Shown: positions 1 to 12,356 of the stretch, in pieces
Position numbering within the stretch: the first letter of the stretch is position 1
Layout of the letters: each line of letters starts with the position of its first letter
Source of the DNA: Klebsormidium nitens
Lineage: Eukaryota > Plantae > Klebsormidiophyceae
DNA length: 64,000 nt
Assembly (NCBI GenBank): GCA_000708835.1
Contig: DF237033.1
Location: forward strand, 159,051 to 223,050
Direction of reading: 5' to 3'
Notes under the pieces: generated by a model
What the model saw: only the letters and a program-made list of their open reading frames with translations
Databases searched by the model: none
What the model was told of the DNA's origin: nothing
Position numbers and translations under genes: made by a program

Positions 1-210
1 AATCTCGAAGGGTCTGAAGTCACCGACTTTGATACGGAAAGATCTCAATTCACCAACTTACACAAAGGTTTCGCATTACCAGCTCCACAGTTTGCTAGGC
101 ACAATGCACATACGCTCACACACAAAGCGCACGTCACCACCCACGTGCGAACCACGCCTTGTCATCATTACCAACACATCATCATTGCTTACGTCACATC
201 CACTTTTCCC

Positions 211-3200
211 CTACTCCTCGAGGTGGGGCAGCCCCGTCCCTTGCGGCGGCGCGATCCCGTCCCGCTTCCACATCTGATACACACTAGGCGCCCAATGGGA
301 CCCGTACTGTTCCCACATGGTTTTGTTCAAATAGTCGTCCTTCCGCAGGAGCTTGCGGCACCGCTTCGTCCCGCACAAGCATGGCATCACTTTGACGTCA
401 CTCAGGTACGTGATAGGGGACGAGTTGGCTGCCGTGCTATAGTCGAGGAGAATGAGGTCCCCGGGGTGTAGGTCGCGGCGCGCGAGCATGGTCCAGTCGT
501 TGGGGTGGAACCTGGGAGAGGAATGTTGAATGAATTTGGGCTAAGGTTTTTTGCAGGGAAAAACCAAAGATAGAAGGAAGAGGTAATTTGATGCTCGGAA
601 CGCACATTTAGGCTAAACCGGCCGGAAACCCAGAGATCCTGTTGGAGTCCGGGAGTTTTCTGGTGGCACGGAACTTGGAGAACCTCCCAAGTTCGGCTGG
701 AGATTGACCCATAGATCTTTCTTGTCGAGGAGGATAAGGTCCCAGGGTACAAGCCGCGGCGACCGACTACCGTACCAGCGTTTAATTTCGTCGGTCTGGG
801 TGCCAAATAATTAATTATGAATCGATCTGACATTTCGGCGGAGTATTTTATATTTTTCTGACATTTCGTAAAAGTAGCATTCCCCTGCTAAAACCAACCA
901 TTACCAGCCTTTACCACCCGTACAATCAATCCGACCTTTTCGTCATCGAAGAAAAACACTTTCCAAAATATTTGGCAGCCCAATTAACTATTTAATTGAA
1001 AACGAAATTAAACGCTGGTACGGTATGTATCAGTCGTTTGGAAAAACCTGATTTGGCACCCCTCGAGATGGAAACAAGAACGACAAAGAGATGAGGCGAA
1101 TCGCGGTAGTGATCTGAGAGCGCCGCATACTGAAATGCGCACGCCCAAAACCCTTATGTTCCGACAATCGAGAAGAAAGAGCTATCCGTGAGAAAGAATT
1201 GTGAAGATCGACTCCGTTCGCTCAATTGATGACGCGAAGGCTGGGTTCAATCCGCTTCAACAACTACGCAAAAGCTGGGTTCAAGAGGTTTCCAATTAAA
1301 GTTTCCAGAACCACGACGACCTTAAAAACCAAATCCGAGGTATCAGGGCGAAAGGAGCTAAGGAGTGGGCGGTTGTTCCCTTGCTCATTAGATGACCGCG
1401 TTCGTAATGGTGGCTTACGAGGATTGTAGAGGCCCGTGAAGGCGCCTCGTTGCTGAGCGTCCGAACGCCCTGAACTTTGCGATCTAAACTTGTGAATGCA
1501 AAGTAAAGTACTGGAAGTGTTACAGAAAAAAGGCGCTCGAGATCCTGATGGCCGCTCTTACCAGATGGTTGGGTCGCAGCTGTATCGATGAACCCGGCTT
1601 GCATTTATACAAGCAACCGCAAACTAGAGTTGGCATCGTCAAAGGAATCGTCAACAGAACACCTTGCGGCAGTTCTTACCAGATGGTCGGGTCGCAGCTG
1701 TGGTTCATGAACGCCGCAAAGTCCTCTGGCACTCCGTCCTCACGGACCGTCGCCGCTTGAAACTCGTGGTCCGAGATCTGCAAAAAGGTGGCCTTTGGAT
1801 TTACTTTTCGAAGTCGAAAACGGGAGGGTCTTAACATCTTAAGGTTTGGGGTTTTCGAACTCGAAGCGCACTTCCCATTGAACTCGAGGTCCGAGATTTA
1901 AAGAGATTGGGGGTCTTTCACATTTGGGTTTGAAGACCTGAGGTGCATCCCTGCTTGGGATTTGTGCAAGACCCGGGCACACAGCACGTAAAAACCGAAT
2001 CAAAGAATTGATGGATGGAATCGCAAGATCCAAGATTTATGGTCTGGGTCGAAGGATCTGAAGCGCAGTGCCACCACCAGCAATTAGTGTTCCGAGATTT
2101 CAAAATAGAAAGCAAAGGAGGTCAGGCTTTTGCGAAGTTCGTGGTGAGGGACTTCGCCTGCGCCCCAGAAGCGGGTCTCTCTCACTTCGACCAGAAAGGT
2201 TTCCCCAGCTGATCATGGTTGACATTTGCAGGATGAGAATCCTACTAGGTCTCAAGGATCGTAGGCTTCATTAAGGTGTCTGTCTGTTTTGATCTGCATC
2301 GGTCATGCGTGTCAGTAACGCAAAGAAGGAAAGCTTATGTCGGATTTACGGCACGCCACTGAACCATTGAACGGGAGAAGGAGCGAACTATCACTTACAA
2401 GAGACAAAGAAGAAGTGGAGGTAGAGGAATCGAGCACTTGCCTGCACCGCCCAATGTAGAAACTCTTCCCGCTTCTCCAGGGGGAGCGCTTCCAGTTGAT
2501 CGACGGTCAGGATCGTTCCCTTGCGGTCCCGGAGATAGTGCCCGGTAAACACAATCTCCCCCTTGGGAATGAGAGCCTTCACAACCAGTTCCTTCTCCCC
2601 TGGGAACTGCGTACTCTCTTGGATCCAGACATCTGGGTTAAGGCCCTCGTAACCAGGGTCTCGGTCGTCATTCTGCAGGGTCAGTTAAGCAGGTGGTTAC
2701 TGGCATCGTAGAGCAAGACCCGCTACTTGATAACCTAGCTGATACCTCAGAGAGTCGTTTGTCATGACCAGACTTTTCCTCCAAGGTTGAGTCGCTGCCT
2801 TAGGTCTAGACACCTGGGTTAGCTATCTCGTAAGCTGGGTTCCGATCATCATTCTGCATTTGTCCCTTTCAACAGTTTGGGGGGGAAATGTGGTTCTGAG
2901 ATAAGGCCCTTGCAAACAAAGACTGGGCACTAAAGTGAGGCACCAAGAAGCGGGAAGTTTTAGCATAGGGACCAAGGCACATGACAACCGGCATATTGCA
3001 AGATGAGGGGAAAGGCAACGGCAATCTGGTGCGCCATGTTCTTAAGATGAGCAAGTGGAAGAGATGGACATAGAAGAAGCGCACACAGCAGGATGTACAA
3101 GTGCAAGATGGGATGGGGGGGGAAATTTCCAAAGTTCCATGGAGTTTTCTGTCCAGCAAGGTAAGAAATGGCCGCTGAAAGTGCCGAACGAGATAGCAGA

Positions 3201-3275
3201 CTTTAAAAAGCATGTAAGCGGGTGTTGCGGTGGTTGCAACTGGGTAACTTACCCTGGACCAATCGATGACATAGT
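211..3275 (-). CDS. SET-domain protein with post-SET cysteine cluster (putative lysine methyltransferase); 5' exons unresolved
   Basis: Phase-compatible exons 3253-3275, 2442-2672, 1680-1777 and 211-511 splice to ..DYVIDWSR|NDDRDPGYEGLNPDVWIQESTQFPGEKELVVKALIPKGEIVF..EEFLHWAVQ|ISDHEFQ..FAAFMNHSCDPTIW|FHPNDWTMLARRDLHPGDLILLDYS..MPCLCGTKRCRK..*. These contain the SET NHSCxP and ELxxDY-like motifs and the post-SET CxCGxxxCR motif. The intron after 2442 has a GC donor. Further exons probably lie upstream (about 3300-4300). Confidence 0.88.
770..1023. mobile_element. Tc1/mariner-type MITE (non-autonomous) in the last intron of the SET gene
   Basis: Perfect 22-bp terminal inverted repeats CCGTACCAGCGTTTAATTTCGT (770-791) and ACGAAATTAAACGCTGGTACGG (1002-1023), flanked by TA on both sides (768-769, 1024-1025). 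The interior is AT-rich and non-coding. Confidence 0.8.
1200..2120 (-). repeat. Degenerate tandem copies of both junctions of SET exon 1680-1777
   Basis: Donor copy at about 1556-1600 (minus: CAGCTGCGACCCAACCATCTG|GTAAG versus true CAGCTGCGACCCGACCATCTG|GTAAG). Acceptor-side copies ATCTCGGACC/ATCTCGGAAC at about 1885-1900 and 2085-2105. Confidence 0.7.
2790..2870 (-). repeat. Intronic copy of the acceptor and 5' end of SET exon 2442-2672
   Basis: Minus strand GCAG|AATGATGATCGGAACCCAGCTTACGAGATAGCTAACCCAG versus true GCAG|AATGACGACCGAGACCCTGGTTACGAGGGCCTTAACCCAG; offset about 180 bp. Confidence 0.8.
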
Positions 3276-4970
3276 CTGCAGCTGCAGGAGGAGAAGAGGC
3301 TGATGTCAGCGAGACCATGATGTCAGCAACATCATCTGGCATTGGGGGCACTGACATCAGCAAAAGCTGAAGTAACATCTGGGAAGGATTCATCCTGTCG
3401 GGATTGTGGCGCAATGGAGTGGTCAGCTTGGCAAGAATCTGATAGACACTCGTTGTGGCAATCCAAGTGAGTGCAATTCTTACATGTTATCATGAGACAT
3501 AAGAGACTGGCTTTCCTCAAGGGCTACGTTAAAATCAGCATGATACCTAAGATCACATGGAATGGTCAGGGCTCTACAAAAGCACAGCAAAGTTGGTAAG
3601 AACCACACTTCTCTTGAGAAGCCTGGGTGAAGCATTGTATCAGAGCACAGCATAGAAACTTGCTCATTTCGGCGGATGGTTTTTCCGCTTTGCAAGGGTG
3701 GTGCGATGAAATGATTTCTTCATCTGAGCGCATTTCTTCGAGGCAATCTGTCAATTTGTCAGCGATTCTTACCCCCGTTTGTTGCCATATCTTTCTTGCC
3801 CTTAATGCAGCGTAGCTAAGGGGATCCGGACTTCTTCCTGCAGGCAAAAGGGAGCATTTCAAGGAAGATCTGTGAATGCTGACAGAGCAGGAGAGATATG
3901 AGGGACAGTCCGACTGCATATCTCCTGGAGACATGACCAGATGCTTAGGTCCCTGCGTGCGCATCAGCCGACCGGTGGCATTGGAGCAGAAACGCAAAAG
4001 GAACAAGAGAGTGACAGCTGGCAAACGACACTACAGCTGAACTCACTTTCCAATGAGTTGAACCGGAAACAAGAAAATGACAGCTGGCAAAAGCTCCCTT
4101 CGCTCAAGCCGGTCCCTTCCAAGTTGGAGGTTTTAGCAATTTGCAGTTGACCGTTGTGTTCCAATGGCATTGCATTGGCAAGTAAACGGCGGATAGTATA
4201 ACACAAATGCTCCACAAAGCAAAGACTTCAAGAATGCTCAAGCTTCATCGGAGCGTCTTGTTAAAGTTTCTGCAACAGCGCATGAGGTCTTTGCGCTGTG
4301 GATTATACAGGTGAGATATTTAGGCCAATGCTGGTTCCAAGAGTTGTATCAGTGAACCACCAAAGTCAAGTCTGGAAACAAAGAAACAATTTGATGACAG
4401 AGAGTCCTGGTCCCGGTCACATGAACTAAGCTCAAAGTTACAGATCTTTGTCTCAATTCATTATGAAATTCTCTTGCTGAAAGTGACAGGCAAAGTCCTT
4501 GACATTTTTTCAGGCTTTCCGTCTTTCTTCATATTCCATCAAATGCCTCCAAACCCCAGCTCACTTAGTATTTTGGCCATAATGTTTGGCAAACCTCACC
4601 ACCAAATGCAATGCTGACAATATGAGGGAAAACAACACGCCTTATTGGGCTGAAAAGCAGCCACGCTTGCACTCACCACTGTAAGCTGCCTCAAAGGGAC
4701 AGAAGGACCTCTTCGCACACCTTGCTTTGGCCGCGCTTCGCAGTTGGATGGAGCAACTCGGGTTGAGCAAGCCGTTCAATGGACAGAAGAAGTTCAGTAG
4801 AAGAGCAACGTAGTGCTTTCTGATTCAGAAAGAGAACGAAACAGATACGGTAGGTGCATTGGTAACTGTATTTTACTCCTGGTGGACCGTGGAACGCCAG
4901 CTGGAGCTGGAGCCTGAATTGGACGTGCAAGAAGAACCAGTGAACATTGCCCGGGTTTGCCGGTCTCCAA

Positions 4971-5320
4971 GTACCTACTACCGTTACTACCGTATCTTGC
5001 TGGCAGTGTCAGAGTACAGTACCATATGCTGCAGATTCCAGCTGTGAAGCCAGCTACGGACTAGGTACCGGATACCTAGGTACGGTAGTACCGGTAGTAC
5101 GGTGTACCTACTACAGTACTGGTCACTACTACCTACCTAGTAGGTAGTACAGCGGTGTATGTTCAGTAGTATTGCTGTACGGTTCCATTTCACGGACGGC
5201 CATGCTTCCGACAATTACCGTTACTGTGTTAGCATAGCGTATGGGTCGGGGTACTTAGGGACCTCACTTAATGACACCTACTTGCTTATACCAGCCCGGT
5301 ACCTACCAGGTATCAAACTC
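4971..5320. repeat. GTAC/TAC/TAG-rich low-complexity, palindrome-rich tract
   Basis: Dense GTAC, TACTAC and TAGTAG motifs. Inverted repeat 4976-4994 / 5081-5099 matches at 18 of 19 positions. Confidence 0.7.
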
Positions 5321-5329
5321 GAGACAAAT

Positions 5330-5510
5330 AAGACAAAATAAGCCGAGAGAATACAAGGTAGCCGTTCCGGGACGGGTAGGGTTAATCTGGTGGTTAGGGT
5401 GCGTAGACGGGGAGAGTAGGTTCAAGTTCTTTTTGGGTTATGTTTTTAGTGTTCCCGGTGATCGGGATATAACATCTTATTCTTCGCTTATAAATTATCT
5501 CGCTTAATTC
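5330..5510 (+). repeat. Diverged copy of dispersed GGGTTA-rich small element family
   Basis: GGGACGGGTAGGGTTA core is shared with 61178-61193. Imperfect flanking inverted repeats (ATAAGCCGAGAGAATA / TTATTCTTCGCTTAT). Confidence 0.5.
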
Positions 5511-6945
5511 TTAGCCACCCTGCTACCACGGTCCGCAATGCGCATGACAAAATGTTATTACTACCTAATTAGGCTGCAGGCACGTCCCAGAAAAGTATGC
5601 CTGTTGCCCGGTCGTACCGATGTTCTGATGCCCTGGCCCTGGGGCCCTTCAATAGGTAGGTGACAAGGTGAATTTGAAGCGTACTGAGCATGATGTTGGA
5701 TATTGACAAGCTGAGTCATCCATCATGCTTATTGTCAACTTGTCAAATCATAACTTAAGGTTACGGTGCCGTGCACTCTTGAATCTTGAGACTAACCACG
5801 CGTCCTTTTTCCACGACGAGTAGATCGGCCGCCACAAGCGGCCACCCCGCGGCCACCATTGTGGCGATATGCGCCACATCAATGCATAAAAAGTCACCAA
5901 ACACCTTGCTTTGTGATCAAAAATTCTTACCAGCCGACCGTCGCGATCGGGCGGCACCTTTTGCCTTGCGACTTGCAATAGCCACACATGCGGTGAAGCC
6001 GATATATGCATTGTCGTTGAGCTGGGCAATCCAACGGGGTACAATCCGCTCACTGATTTTCAAGGTTACCAATTGATGCTAAGCCATTTAGTACGTCATG
6101 CAAGAGTCTTCGTGGGCCTTGCATGAAATCTAGCTTTTCGTGGCCCCAGCAAGTTCCTAGCTTGACTGTGTCATAAAGTGACCGTACTTTGAGATTTGGC
6201 GAACCGTCGCGCTCACTGACGGAGGTATTGTCGACGTTCTTGTTGCAGATGTCAGTAGACTGAGTACGAATCGACGGCCATACGCCCACCCCGGCCCTAA
6301 TAACCCAAGTCGGAGCTCGCGGGCACCGACTGTATGACGTACTCGGAATCGATCGGTCACCATACATTTCTGAGCCGCCATGCTTGAGTGCTGGCGGCGT
6401 GGCGACCAGTGCCACATAGACGGTGTGACTTCCTATTTCTTTGCCTGAAAGTTGCATGAAAGAATGACTCGAGAAAAAGTTGCGGCCATTGAACAACATT
6501 TGTGGAAGGCTTGTTCATGACCCGGTAGGCTGGCCAAACCAAACCGTCAGGCTGTTGTCGTGGATTCTGATTAAACAGCAGAGTCAGACAATTGACCAAT
6601 GTGCAGTCTGTGGGTGACTACTTGTAATACCCTGCATTCGATAGAGCACTTTATTGCATGCTTCTCACACGTCTCGAGGTAAGATTCATTGAATCGGTAG
6701 ACGCCCTACGCCTTATGTATCTCTAGATGGGAGCCCACCGGTAACAAAAATCAAGCGCAGACCACGCAGAGCCTAGCCGAACTTAGATTCGAGTCAGCCA
6801 GCAATAAGCTGCTTGACATGTCTTAGGAAGATATCGTACCATATCATTCGACAGCCCATTGAGAATGCCATTAGCGAGACCGAAAACCCCTCAATTCTGA
6901 TATAGGAAAACATAGGACCACTGTTATTAACGACTGCGGCCGGTC

Positions 6946-9900
6946 CTACATGAACAGCAGAGGCCTTGATCTCACGGGTACCTTTCCACCTGATTTCAGT
7001 CGTCGAAGAGCCTCGCGTATGTGCGTGGGTCGGATCGGCCCGGTCTCGTTCCATTCGGTCATGACCTCCCTAGCTGCATAATAGAGAACGGGATAATCAG
7101 ACAATGCATAAGTCTTAATACCCTCTTCCCTATCTTGGAAAACGATGATGCATTGATGCACGGAACAGTTATTGATAGGGGCTCAACGTGGACCCCACTG
7201 ATCGTGCCACGTGTCTCGCCGTACTGAAGCTCATTAGATGATAAATTAAAACAGAAAGCACTGGCATACGGAAAACTCGAAAAAACGGGACCGGACAGTC
7301 TGCACGTCTCTTGCTTGGAAGTGATCATAGTTCGAAGGCTCAACTATAAATCCTTGATGGTGAAGCCTTTCCTTGAAAGTACTGAACAAAGTTCGTCGAA
7401 CAGAGTCAAGACGCGACAAAAGGCCAAGAACCGAGCACGGGAGAAAGATGAGGCAGTCATATTATCATATCTTCGAACTGAGTGCAAATTGAGATTGCTC
7501 GAAAGACAAATGGTTCAGCCAAACCACCGTATTATCCAGTAAGTGCATCCAAAAGAATCTACGAGAAACATGGTTCAGATAGATCATCGTGTCTTCAAAG
7601 CGAGTGCACGCAGAAGAATCCTTAAGAAAGATGTTTCGCCAAGAGCACTGCAGACGGGCAAATGGGACCTTAATCGAAGACAGGGACCAAGTCTCAAATC
7701 AGGAACACAAAAATACGCACTATTCTTGACCAGATCATCAACCCGGATGACTAGAACAGTAAATCGCGAGTCTAAAAACCGTAAATCTAAGTAAGAAGAA
7801 AGTTCGAGGGTTTCCGCTCACCAGTTTCGACTAAGTCGCCGACAAACATTTTCGAGAGACCCCCCATGACGATACTCATTGGGATCGAGACGTTGCTCCC
7901 AGACACGCTCTGCATCAACTGCACAAAACGAACGGAATCAATTAAGGTGCAATCAACATCAAATCCAGATCAAACTGCAGGAAAGAATCTTACGGAAATC
8001 GGGGAAGACAAGCGAAGCTTATTTGAGAGATTGCAAAGCTTCAAGAATGCTGATCCGATACAGATCCGTCGCTGCTAGGTCACTCATATCCTCGCCTCCC
8101 ATCAAGGCCTATATATTGGGTTGGGTTTAGTCTAAGAACCGATAGCAGGTTCGAAGCCTAAGGCAAATGCGTTAATGGATCGACGGCTAAAGAAGGAGAG
8201 AAGACTTGCAAAGTCCAGATCAAATGATCACGAGAACGTCTGACAGGCGCCTTTCCGGAGATTGTTTCTGTCCTTTTTCTAGAAAAGGAGTCAGCATGGT
8301 TTCGGGAGATGTATGAAAGCAGTGACTACAAGCCAACAATGAGAGTCCCCCACTGCTTTGCTCAACCGTAACTCCACGGAAAGGACACATCGGAAAAAGC
8401 AGAAACGAAAAGGGAGAGCTAACCCGTTTTAGGTTCGGCCGCGACAGCCCTGATCGTCGAAAGCACTCATACCGCCGCATCTGCTCTTCAGTCATAGACG
8501 CGAAGATTTGCCTGCATAGAAAGAAAGTAACGGATCTTCCTGACGGTTGTAATCTTTGGAGGTATTTGCTGACGTCATGATTCTCAGGTATATGACCAAT
8601 ACCGCCGAATCTGCTCTTCAGTCATCGACGCAATTATCTGCCTGCATAAAGAGAAAGCTGTGGGTTCTTCTGACGGTGTATCTTCGAAGATATCTAATGA
8701 CGTCATGATCCGTCAGGTATCGTCATGATCGTCAGGTGTGTAACCACTTAAAGCACTAATACCAACGCATCTATTCCTCGGTCATTGACGCAAATATCTG
8801 CCTGCATAGAAAGAAAGTAGTGGATCCTTGTGACGGTGTATCTTTCGGAACCCGTATCTGCTGACGTCATGATTCCGTCAGGTGTATGACCATAAAAGCA
8901 CTCATACCGGCGCATCTGCTGTTCAGTTATTGACGCGCATATCTGCCTGAATGAAGAGAAAGTAGCAGAGCTTTCTGAAGGTGTTTGATTCAAACCATCT
9001 GCTGACGTCAGAGTTCGTCACGTATATGACCATTCGAAGCACTTGTAGAACTTGTAGCCTGCTCATGAGCCGTTGTTCCAATCATCTGCTGTTTACCTGC
9101 TCACACGGTATGTAACAAGCCTGAGCTGAAAAGCCTGTCGTCATCTGTCTATGGAAAGCCTTGTCAAGAACATCATAATCATAGTCAAGAGGAAGCCAAC
9201 TATGCTGACGTCATTGCTCCAAACTGTTGATCTCGCTGACATATTTCCTCTAAGAGCTGTGTTGTTCTGGCGACATCATCAGAAACTCAGCAACGACGAA
9301 GTCACTTGCTTGCGAGTGCAAAAACATACTTTCCAAAAGACAGGTGAGTAATGACGGCAATCAAGATTTTTGTGAAATCGATCTCATTACCCAAAACCAG
9401 GGCATCGATCGATTGCACAGCAGGGTTGGCGAACCTTTTTCACCCAAGGACTTCTGAAGAGCATACCAACCGACTTCCTAGGCGCATAGTCTCCCCTTTC
9501 CCTTTGACGGTGGTTGCATCGGTCAGTGGCTGCCCAGACCTAACGACCTTCCAATCTGAGCCTCACTTCAGAAGTACGACGCGGAATCATTATTGCCCTT
9601 CGCTTTAAAACGACCTTTGACTACAAGGCAGCATACATAGAACATCCCGGCTCGCAATCTCCAGGGGCTAAGGACCTTGGTAACACAATCATTCTCGACT
9701 GCGAAAAGAAGAGGCCATTTAAATGGAAAGGCCGTTCTACCTGGCAGAAACAACCCAAAATCCTAAATCAGCTACTCATGCGCTCCGCACCCAACCCACC
9801 CTAACCCCCAAGCTAACCCAACACATCGCCCGGGGTTGACCCTATCATTCATGCGGCTCTTCATACTTCATGAATGAATACTTTTATGACAGAAAAAATT

Positions 9901-11796
9901 TGAAGACTCACTGCATTCGCTCCGGGTCTTCCTTCTGGTACGTGTCCCGGCCAAACCCAAAGTCCGCCTCCTCTTCATCGTCCTCTGGGTCGTCGTCCGT
10001 TCGGAGGTTTGGGGCTTTACTGCCCAGCCTCGATGGCCCTGGAAAAGGCACCACACCGGCTTTCAGAGGGCGTCAGACCTCAAAGCGATGTCTTCTGGGT
10101 CAATTCCGTAAAGTTCTTTAGGTCTTCGACTATGTTCCATGGCAATGTGTTCGGATAATGGAACCAAAATTCTTAACAAATGCTACGACTATATTTATTT
10201 CCATCCTGGGATGACGAATCCCCGGTTGCACCTTTCTAACAAATTACTAGGGAGTGATTAGATCTGTAAACGCCTCAGAGCGAAGACGTTGATATTACTT
10301 ACTGCTGGCATCTGAATTCGAGGAAATCTCATTGAACGAACAATATCGCATCTTGAGATCTTGCCTCAGCAACCAATCTGCCCATTTTTGCGGATTCTGG
10401 TCGCGAAGGCTTTACGGGGCATGGGACGCCCTCAGTGAGAAATTCAGCAGGAACTGAGACACTTGTCAAGGCCGAAAGAGCGATCCGATGTTTTCCCCGG
10501 CGATATCACTTGTTTCTCGAGCACTGTAACCATGGAGGCGTGTGTATTCTCGCCCACTATCGAAGGCCTTGAGCGAGGCAAGGAGATGGTTCGATGAGAT
10601 TGCATAAGATTCATGCAGACTATCTTATGAGCATAATTGGGAGATTAAAATCTGTGCCTAGATGCTCTGGTAGGAAAAAGTTTGCCAGCTACGCTCTGAA
10701 GCATCAAGCACACACTCATCGAGTTTGGCGCAATATCAGAAATTCCCAAGGTTACCAACCAAATATTCAGCTCTCAAAGAAGCAGATTTTAGGATCTTAT
10801 CCCCCTTGTCGTTTGCATGCGGACTTCTCCAGAGTGTTAGAGAGTCTATGCCAGAAACAAAATACCCAAGCCCCCGCCCGAATTGTACACTTTTGAAAGC
10901 CCCTGCCAGCAACGAGCCGCCAGATTCAAACAGTCCCGCATCTGAGTCCAAAGTGCACAAGGGAGGCAGTTTGCCAACAAGCCAAGCAGACTACGTGCTT
11001 TCATTCGTTTTTGAAAGCGCAACACCAACAAAAGGATGGGCAAGAGCCAATGCAGGACGACCGATGGAACGTCCTCAACTCTGTCCAAAAGGCCCCACTC
11101 AAAAGCAAGGCTTCGCAACTTCACATGTTCTGTAGACGATGCAGTCGGCGGCTGCTTATTGTGAAACAAGACCCACCCAAATATTGCACCAAAGAGTGTT
11201 GCCTGATTCCACAGCTTGATTGAACGTTCACCCTACAACAGACTCTTGCGGCTATTTTGGCTCCTCTATTAACACCCTTGAATCAAGGACTTCTACAGGG
11301 ATTGAGTGGCCTTAAAGTGAAACTTTAAAATGGAGTGGGTGCGATCCTTTAGAACCCCAAGACTGTATAGAAAAAGCCCAGTCACTTCCACAGGAAGTTG
11401 GAAATCCACAATAAAAAGACCAAATCATTGCAAGCATGCTGACATTACGCAATGCACACCTGCGCTGCTCTTTTCCATTGGCCGACTTGCCCCACCGTCC
11501 CTGGTTCCATCCCCCTCACTCTCCCCCCCTTGCTTCGACTTCTTCCCGTCAGCAGCCCCCTTCCCTCCCCCTTTCCCTTTGGCACTCTTGACACCGCTCG
11601 CCTTCTCTCCAGCCGCAGCGCCTGGCTGAGCTGACGCGGCGTCAGCACCTCCCCAGACCACTTCCATCAATGACGAGGCAGGGACCTCGGAACTAGGCGC
11701 GGGAGCCGTTGCGGCCGGAGGTTTTGGTTTTCGAATGTACTTGCGCTTCTCTTTCTTCTGGCCGTCATCCGGTGAACCAGTCGCCTCCCGCTTCAT
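6946..11796 (-). CDS. TAF11: TFIID subunit TAF11 (histone-fold, TAFII28 family), about 258 aa
   Basis: Exons 11460-11796, 9912-10038, 8424-8511, 7822-7918 and 6946-7073 are all GT-AG and phase-compatible, totalling 777 nt. Protein contains ..EDPERMQQIFASMTEEQMRRYECFRRSGLSRPNLKRLMQSVSGSNVSIPMSIVMGGLSKMFVGDLVETAREVMTEWNETGPIRPTHIREALRRL.., the canonical TAF11 core. Confidence 0.95.
8512..9060 (-). repeat. Tandem echo array of TAF11 exon-3 acceptor and 5' half
   Basis: Three degenerate copies of [TGACGTCA..polypyrimidine..CAG|GCA(A/G)AT..ATGACTGAAGAGCAGAT] with acceptors near 8641, 8801 and 8946 (true acceptor 8512). The copy near 8900-8940 still reads ITEQQMRRYECF. Confidence 0.9.
9745..9840 (-). 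repeat. Copy of dispersed GGGTGCGGAGCG-core element in TAF11 intron 2
   Basis: Reverse complement GGGTTAGCTTGGGGGTTAGGGTGGGTTGGGTGCGGAGCG matches the cores at 61180-61225 and 63350-63405. Confidence 0.65.
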
Positions 11797-12356
11797 CTTG
11801 ATGCTTGGGGGCTGTTCGCTGCGATCTTCCCTTCTTTCTTCACAACAACCTTGCGGCTTCCGGCGTTCTTTTAAAAACAATGAAGTCCACTAATACAGAG
11901 CCTGGTTGCTTGACTACCAAAGTGGCAGAAGCTGTGCTGTGTGCAGCTGTGTGCAGCCGCCTGCCTTCTTTCTCAGAAGCTGGGAAACTTTCGAAGAGAA
12001 ACTTTGTAGCGCCAAAGTGAGCGCGCACCCAGCTAGGCAAAACTACAGCCAGGCTAGCTAGGCGCATCAACGTCTACGCGCGCACGGCGGCTTCTTAGGC
12101 GGCCGCGGGTTTGGGCGGCCGCCCGTTTGAGGCGGCCATGTGGACTCGAATTGGTGCGCGAGCGGCAACTTTGTTTTGATGGTTGGCAAATGACAGCTAC
12201 AAGTGGAAGAGCCTACAACAGCACAAATGTACGCTTGGAGGGACGTAAGTGGGTACTTCTTGTCCCCCTTGAAATTCCTTCCAGGTACGTGGGTACTTCT
12301 TGTCCGGACTCTGAAGACTACGGTAGTCGCCATGGTGTCGCCATGGTGTCAGAGCC

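Noticed and set aside
145-833. ORFs 145..471 (+) and 402..833 (-)
   Set aside because: Antisense or off-frame shadows of the SET last exon plus intron/MITE sequence.
4690-4950. Coding-like frame (..LAALRSWMEQLG..*..TVFYSWWTVERQLELE..) as a hAT dimerisation remnant
   Set aside because: Contains an internal stop and lacks the diagnostic hAT motifs.
5700-6620. Several 80-150 aa ORFs (for example 6050..6499, 5748..6053) as a TE or gene remnant
   Set aside because: No recognisable motif (an integrase-like KYGHF resemblance is too short) and no convincing splice structure.
8512-9060. Interpreting echo arrays as intron gain by duplication of exonic AG|GT
   Set aside because: That model predicts intron ends resembling the opposite flanking exon. 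Here the copies match the adjacent exon edge together with pre-existing intron sequence.
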